A DNA stretch of 64,000 nucleotides from the NCBI GenBank assembly GCA_963693365.1, contig CAVNZM010000005.1:868001-932000 (forward strand), read 5' to 3'. Source of the DNA: Amoebidium appalachense (taxonomy: Eukaryota > Protista > Ichthyosporea). This document shows, in pieces, positions 44,528 to 64,000 of this stretch. The notes below the pieces were generated by a model. The model was not told the DNA's origin. It ran no database searches and worked only from the letters and a program-made list of their open reading frames with translations. How positions within the stretch are numbered: the stretch's first letter is position 1; each line of letters opens with the position of its first letter. A program made the translations under genes and the position numbers.

Positions 44528-45489
44528 AGGGCCGCCCGCTCCCCCGCCCGCCGCCGGGGCAGCACACACCTACATGCCGTGTCTGCGACAAACACACAAC
44601 ACGTGTGTTTACATAACGTGCATGCACACACACACACAAAAAAAAAATAGAAAGAAAGAAAGAAGAGAGCCTGATTCAGAAGAAAAAAAGAAGCAAAAGA
44701 TAAAAAGGGGGAAAACGTGTGCACAAATGCATGCCGTGCCTGCGCGCACATGTGCACGTCAAGGCTCATACCTGGTCCGGCACAAACCGAAACAGTCAGT
44801 GACACACAGCACATATCTACACTACGGGCACAAGACAAGTGCACGTGCACATATGCCACGATTATATGCTTGCACAAACACATAGACAGGGCCTCACCAA
44901 TATGCACCCCACCTGAGAGGTTGGAAACCTTTGGATATTCCGGATATGTTTCGATTAGATCATCAGCCCTCATGAGGTGACTGGCCCAGCTGGAGATGGC
45001 CCTCCCGTGAGGAAGGGATTCCCGAGATGGAGGGGCTTCTGACTCGAGGGGGGGGAGGGGGGGGGGGGGGGGGGGAAGAGGGACACAGACATACATAAAT
45101 TTGCAAGCCAATTTGACCCTTTCGAAAAACATTTCCGAGACAAGTTGGCTCTTAAGCTTAATAATAACAACAAATGATTCTAAGCCATTCCGAACAATTT
45201 GCACAGATGTAATTAAGTTCTTGTTGTGAAGATATCCGAGTAGAGTTACCCAGGCCTGTACTCTGCAGCTGAACATATATAACGGCCCTGATAACGTTTG
45301 GATGCAGGGCCAACGAGAAGGTCACAGGGTTGAACGAGCAGTTAACTGACCCCTATGTAGCCTGGCCTATTCTACAAGAGCCAAATATTATCCACACAGC
45401 AAACATGGTGCATGCATGGGCCTGGGAGGGACTCCGAGGGAGAGCTCGAGAGAGAGATCTAGAGCGCGCGCGGGAGGGATTTGAGGCCT

Positions 45490-45533
<44 letters not shown>

Positions 45534-46381
45534 GAAAGAGAGAGCGGGAGAAGAGAGAATGAGAGGGAGGGATTGAGAGATGGGGATGGAAGGAGGGAGG
45601 GTGCTCGATTGAAGGGGGAGGGAGCGTGTTTTGCTTCAAAGCTAGTCCGACTCCCCCTGCGCCTTTCTGATCCTGACCGTCAGCTGTGAAAATAGGCCTA
45701 GCCGATGAAACTATTCAGTAACCGCCGGGTCCGTGTACATGTGTGCAGAAGGCCATGGTTAGGGGCTGTGGTGGAGAAGGGCCTAGGTGACCTTCAAAAG
45801 CGGAAAACGGGCGGGCGGGCGGGCGGGCGGGGGAGGGAAGGGGGTATTGTTTGCATGTCAGGTTATTAGCCGCAATTTGCAACACGCATGGGAGGCGTTA
45901 AACCGAGCACTGGTTATACCTGTGTGTTCATTGCATTGCACAGCTCAATGGCTGCGATACATCTAATGGATTTGAATGGGTATCCGGCCCATTCCACTGC
46001 ACTAGCTTGGAGGATGCACGACACCACGGCCCTTTTTTTGAGAGGGCCGTGACGACACCCACTAACCCCAACCCTCAAAAAGGCCCTAGATTACATATCA
46101 AGTACTAATATGTTGTTCACACTAATTAAATATTGTACACTGAGTGCACCGTCAAGAGACATGCAGATAGTAAAAAGAAATAAACCACAAAATAAATTCC
46201 AAAGAAGAGATACTTCTATACAGCTGTGAAGCATTGTGACACTATGAGACCTACATTCCCTTTAAAACCTCCACCACATTAAAGCATTATACAAGCCCAT
46301 TTAAATCCACCAACCAGGGACGAGCTAGCCTTAAATCGATTTTTTTAAAAGGAGGGTTAAAGACGACCTAAGCACCATTCA

Positions 46382-60139
<13,758 letters not shown>

Positions 60140-61087
60140 CTTAGCCTGGTGCTGCCCCATTTTTATCTATTGCCCACTAGGCTTAGCTGGTTTATGCACT
60201 TACTGGCGTGTACACCACCAACTGCAAATGGACAAAACCTACAATACTCCTGCACCGGCCTTGTGAGTCAACTCGTGAATATGCTCGTGCGCGTGTGTGT
60301 GCTTGTATGTGTCTGTGGAAGACTGAGCTCTGCAAAAACAAAACCCGTGGGTGCGGCAAAAAAAATAAAAAGAAAGAATTTCAAATTGGCGCTATGGAGA
60401 CGCGATCTGATTGGCAAATAGCTCTGAATAGACCTTCCACAAAGGGTTCAACAGGCTGGTTTTAATTTAACTATCGACAATCCTTTCTCAATAAATAATG
60501 TTCAAGCTGTAATAATTTCAGTGGGCAATATATTGGAGGATAATATTCAAAAAGAAGACACAGCTGTCCGACTGGCAACTGAGCAAAAAGAGATACGGTA
60601 TGTATCGAGCCTAAATAGGTCGAAATGCCCTTGAGCTACAATTTTGGTTTTTGAAATCTGAATTCGGTAAACCAAGCTTCTCGTCTATTAAAACACAGTT
60701 TCCCGTAAATTTGATGTCGGGAACCGACATGAACATGAAGAGGGCATGCGCACACGCGTACGAAGAGTCGATCCTGAGGGCGGCCAGGCACCGGCCGTCT
60801 GACAAACACGTGCGTTGTGTGGCCATGTGCATGCATGCATGCGCATGCTATGATGGAGCCTAATTCTAGTAAGCTATCATCATGACCAAAATTGCAATAT
60901 TGTAAGCGTCTTACACCTACATTTCATGTCCACGGATGTAACCCACTGTACTTGTCTCGGTACGTGTCGGCATATGACCGTGTAATATATTTGCATGTGC
61001 ATCCACGATGGCCCGGACTTCTGAGTTCCCTGAAGGAACTAGTAGCTGGAGAGGAGAAGGAGCTAAGAGCTGAGAGCTCCGGAGGAT

Positions 61088-61130
<43 letters not shown>

Positions 61131-61347
61131 AATAAAAGGGAAGTACACATTCATGACGGAAAAGACAAAGCAGATTGCACACACACTAAAAGAACGGATC
61201 ATAAGCAGAGTCCCAACCCGGAAGATTACACAGTAAACATATCATCTTCAGTCGCACTCCTTTCAGCCGCACCATCAACAGGCTTAAAGTTGGTGAACCA
61301 TTTATTAATTGTTAAACATTTCAGTACTCATTCACCGAGTGGTGGTT

Positions 61348-63973
61348 TTACTTTGCGCGCTTGGGGCTCTTTGGCTTGTTCATGTCTGCGTTGGTGCCCT
61401 CCAGCCAGTTGGACTCGGCCTTGGTCACGGTGCCCTGCTCAGGCGCCTCCACTCGCTGGCGCTTGACCTGTGCACACAGTAGAATGAGATACGTGTGTGC
61501 ACACAGTAGTATGAGACAAATGTATGCACACAGTGAAAGAAATGTGACAACCAGGTGTGTGGACACAGTAAGCAAGAATTGCAACCAGTTATGTAATTTG
61601 GCTAAAATGCCGGGCTGGGCAAACCCCCCCCCCCCTCCCCCTCTTCTCTCACTACCCCCCCCCCCCCTTCCCCTCCCCCCTCTTCTCTCCTTAAAACCAC
61701 ACTACCCCCCCCCCCCCCCCCTCCTTCAAACAACACTAAAAAAAGAAGGTGAAGACACGTCAGCACCAACAAACTTTCTTCGTCATTAAAGTTAATTGTA
61801 GCTGCTAAGGAAACGAAGCTTCATATTAATTAGGCGGACCACCTTTTTTATGCTTTTTTTTTCTCTTTCCCCCCGGCAGCGGGGGGGGGGGGGGGGGGGG
61901 GGGGGGGTTCCCTATAGCCCCACCCCAACCATTGCACCACCAACACACTTCCAAACCCATGCCCGTGCCTACCTTTGAGGACTTAGGGGCCACTGCGTTT
62001 CTGATGCCGAGGGTGAAGACGGCCACGACGGCCACGGCAAAGACCAGCAGGAAGGCGTTCTGGAACTCGCTGTAGTTCTTGGGCTCGTAGAAGATCACCG
62101 TGCTGTTGAACAGTGCGTGCCTGAAGTCCTTGCCGTCCTGTCCCATGCATGCCACTCATTTGAGTTCAAAGTTATCCCCCCCTCCCCCCATTTCCCCTTC
62201 CTCGAGCTTTGCTGCTGCACTCGCTCACCTACTACGCAAACAGGCCCCTCCATGCCCAACATTCCGAATATAAAGGAATGCGACCCAGAAAACACTATCA
62301 CTCAATCTGGTCATCTGCCTGTGTGTGCACACACCACAAAAGACCCCCCCCCCCCCCCCCTCCCAAACACACACACACACACACACACACCACCTCTTTC
62401 ATACACACACACACACACAAAGAGAGAGAGAGAGAGAGGGCATGCAAGAACACCGACAAGAAAGCACCCTTCCAGCATGCATTTGTAGAAGCCAACAGCC
62501 TTACGACCCCCCCCCCCCCCCCCCCCCCGCCCCCGGGGGTAGGGGTTGGGGGGTTGGGGGGTTGGGGGGGGGGGGGGGGAGGGCATGCATGCAACCGCAC
62601 ACAGGCGCACTCACGTTGTCCTTGTAGTTGACGATGACGGTCAGGCCGTACTCGCGGTTCTCAAAGCTCTCGTGGGGGCGGAATGGGAACTCAACTGACG
62701 CAACAGCACCAGGGGGCACCACAACCTGGAACGGCCGTGCCGTGAACTGCAAAGAGGGGACGGGTCAACGTGTGCACGGGTTGGGAATACATGGGGGGGG
62801 GGGGGGGGGGGGGGGGGGGTGGGGGGTTTTGAATGCGTCAAAAAGTACGAAGTACACAAGAACAAGCGGATAACACGATGCAGAATGCAAGCCATTCATA
62901 AAGAGTATGCATAATAAGCAGAGCCCATCTTCAGGGGGGTCCCACGTCATCCACAGTACCCGAGTTTCGACCTATTCACCTCGTTAACGAAACCCAACTC
63001 AGATACTGTTTCACTTGAACATGGGTAGGTCACCCGTCTTGATCAAAGACGAGCAGGGTTGCTTATGCAGGCAAGGGCAGTGGGAAAGGCCGGGGGTTAA
63101 AGTTGCAGCAGTAAGCAGAAGAGAGAAATATATAGATAGGAACTCAGGAGACGGGGCTTCTAGGAAGCTCCCCCGTCGCTACCTAAGTCGATACTTCCCT
63201 GGCTAACATACTACACCAGCTGAAAAGAATTAAGTCCCGAAGGCCGCAGAACTAGCAATCAGAGGGGAAAATATGAGATTTGACGGGGGGGGGGGGGGGG
63301 GGGGGGGGGGGGACAAAAAGAGGTAGCTAAGCGTTGGGGTGTGCAGTAAGGGTGTGCGGATCGTGCATTGCTGAAATACATATAACCGTCCCCCCCCCCC
63401 CCCCCCCCCCCCCGGGGGGGGGTAGATGCCCGCGTTCGCTCTTCTCACCTCCCCCCTCCCTCCCTCCCCCCCCCCCTCCCCACACACGCACACATACACG
63501 TGCAACCTATACAGCGTGCCCCTGGTGCAACATAGCAATCGCCAGAAAAAAAAAACTAGACACACCCATATTTTCCTATTACCAACCCTTCCGCCCTCCC
63601 CCCCCTCCTCCACCACAAAAAATAAGAAGAAGAGCCCTGCAAAAAAGGCCACATAGATAACCCATACCAGTTCATTCACGCAGCCTCCATCTCTGTCGCC
63701 CCCAATGCACTGAGCCAGCCCCCCATCCCCACCCCCCTTCATCCTACACACCGATACCCACACCCACACCACACAGGCACGTACGTTGAACAGGCGGAAA
63801 TCCCACTGCTGGGGGTAGCGGATGGAAGCCTCGATGCTCTCGACGAGGAAGTAGCCCTTGCCCGTGTTGCGCAGGCCAGCAAGCATGTACTGGGCCTCCC
63901 CGGCAACAAACTCCGTGGCATTGCCCGTGGACGTGAACAGCACGTGTGACTCGAGGTTGGGGTGCCGCAGGAT
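61348..63973 (-). CDS. SSR1: Translocon-associated protein alpha (TRAP-alpha), 3' exons; the 5' end lies beyond the window
   Basis: Exons 63785-63973 (LAGLRNTGKGYFLVESIEASIRYPQQWDFRLFN), 62615-62746 (FTARPFQVVVPPG..SVEFPFRPHESFENREYGLTVIVNYKD), 61973-62137 (ALFNSTVIFYE + TM helix) and 61348-61467 (EQGT...NWL...KSPKRAK*). All phase 0. Confidence 0.93.
62827..63060 (-). mobile_element. Longest-type copy of the poly(C)-associated element, in an SSR1 intron
   Basis: Differs from 32315-32547 by a few substitutions (e.g. CTGAAGA for CTGAGGA). The 3' end runs into a C tract. Confidence 0.85.
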
Positions 63974-64000
63974 CTGGGGGTGCAGCGTGCATAGGTTAGG

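Noticed and set aside
44935-44975. CTGATGA...GAAAC hammerhead-like words on the - strand
   Set aside because: No GUH-closing stem III and no stem I or stem II pairing. Single copy.
44419-45276. 285-aa minus-strand ORF or possible degraded gene
   Set aside because: It runs through poly(C) and microsatellite tracts. The unique parts gave no recognisable domain or consistent splicing.
46025-46051. Hairpin CACGGCCCT/AGGGCCGTG as a terminator
   Set aside because: The context is eukaryotic. It is an isolated 9-bp stem with no other support.

Overview
This is eukaryotic genomic DNA with short exons separated by introns full of (CA)n, (CT)n and poly(C/G) tracts. Nearly all ORFs in the supplied track are microsatellite artefacts, so I rebuilt genes by hand from GT-AG junctions and exon phase. 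Genes found: a receptor kinase, probably a tyrosine kinase (- strand, runs off the window start); an EBP-like/EXPERA membrane protein (+); a minimal UBALD/FAM100 protein (-); a SET/NAP histone chaperone (-); an intronless alpha/beta hydrolase (+); a 25-exon, ~1100-aa protein with a RhoGDI-like N-terminal domain and three tandem WrbA/flavodoxin-like quinone reductase domains (-); and the 3' part of TRAP-alpha/SSR1 (-). The gene content suggests a unicellular holozoan such as an ichthyosporean (inference). Mobile DNA: a 266-bp MITE, a TIR element carrying a young non-autonomous LTR element with a non-canonical primer site, and a dispersed ~235-nt structured element whose best-preserved copies end in poly(C) tracts. 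The most notable observations are the RhoGDI-like + 3x WrbA fusion, the poly(C)-associated element with hammerhead-like motifs, and tandem arrays built from splice signals. All calls are by eye; no searches were run.
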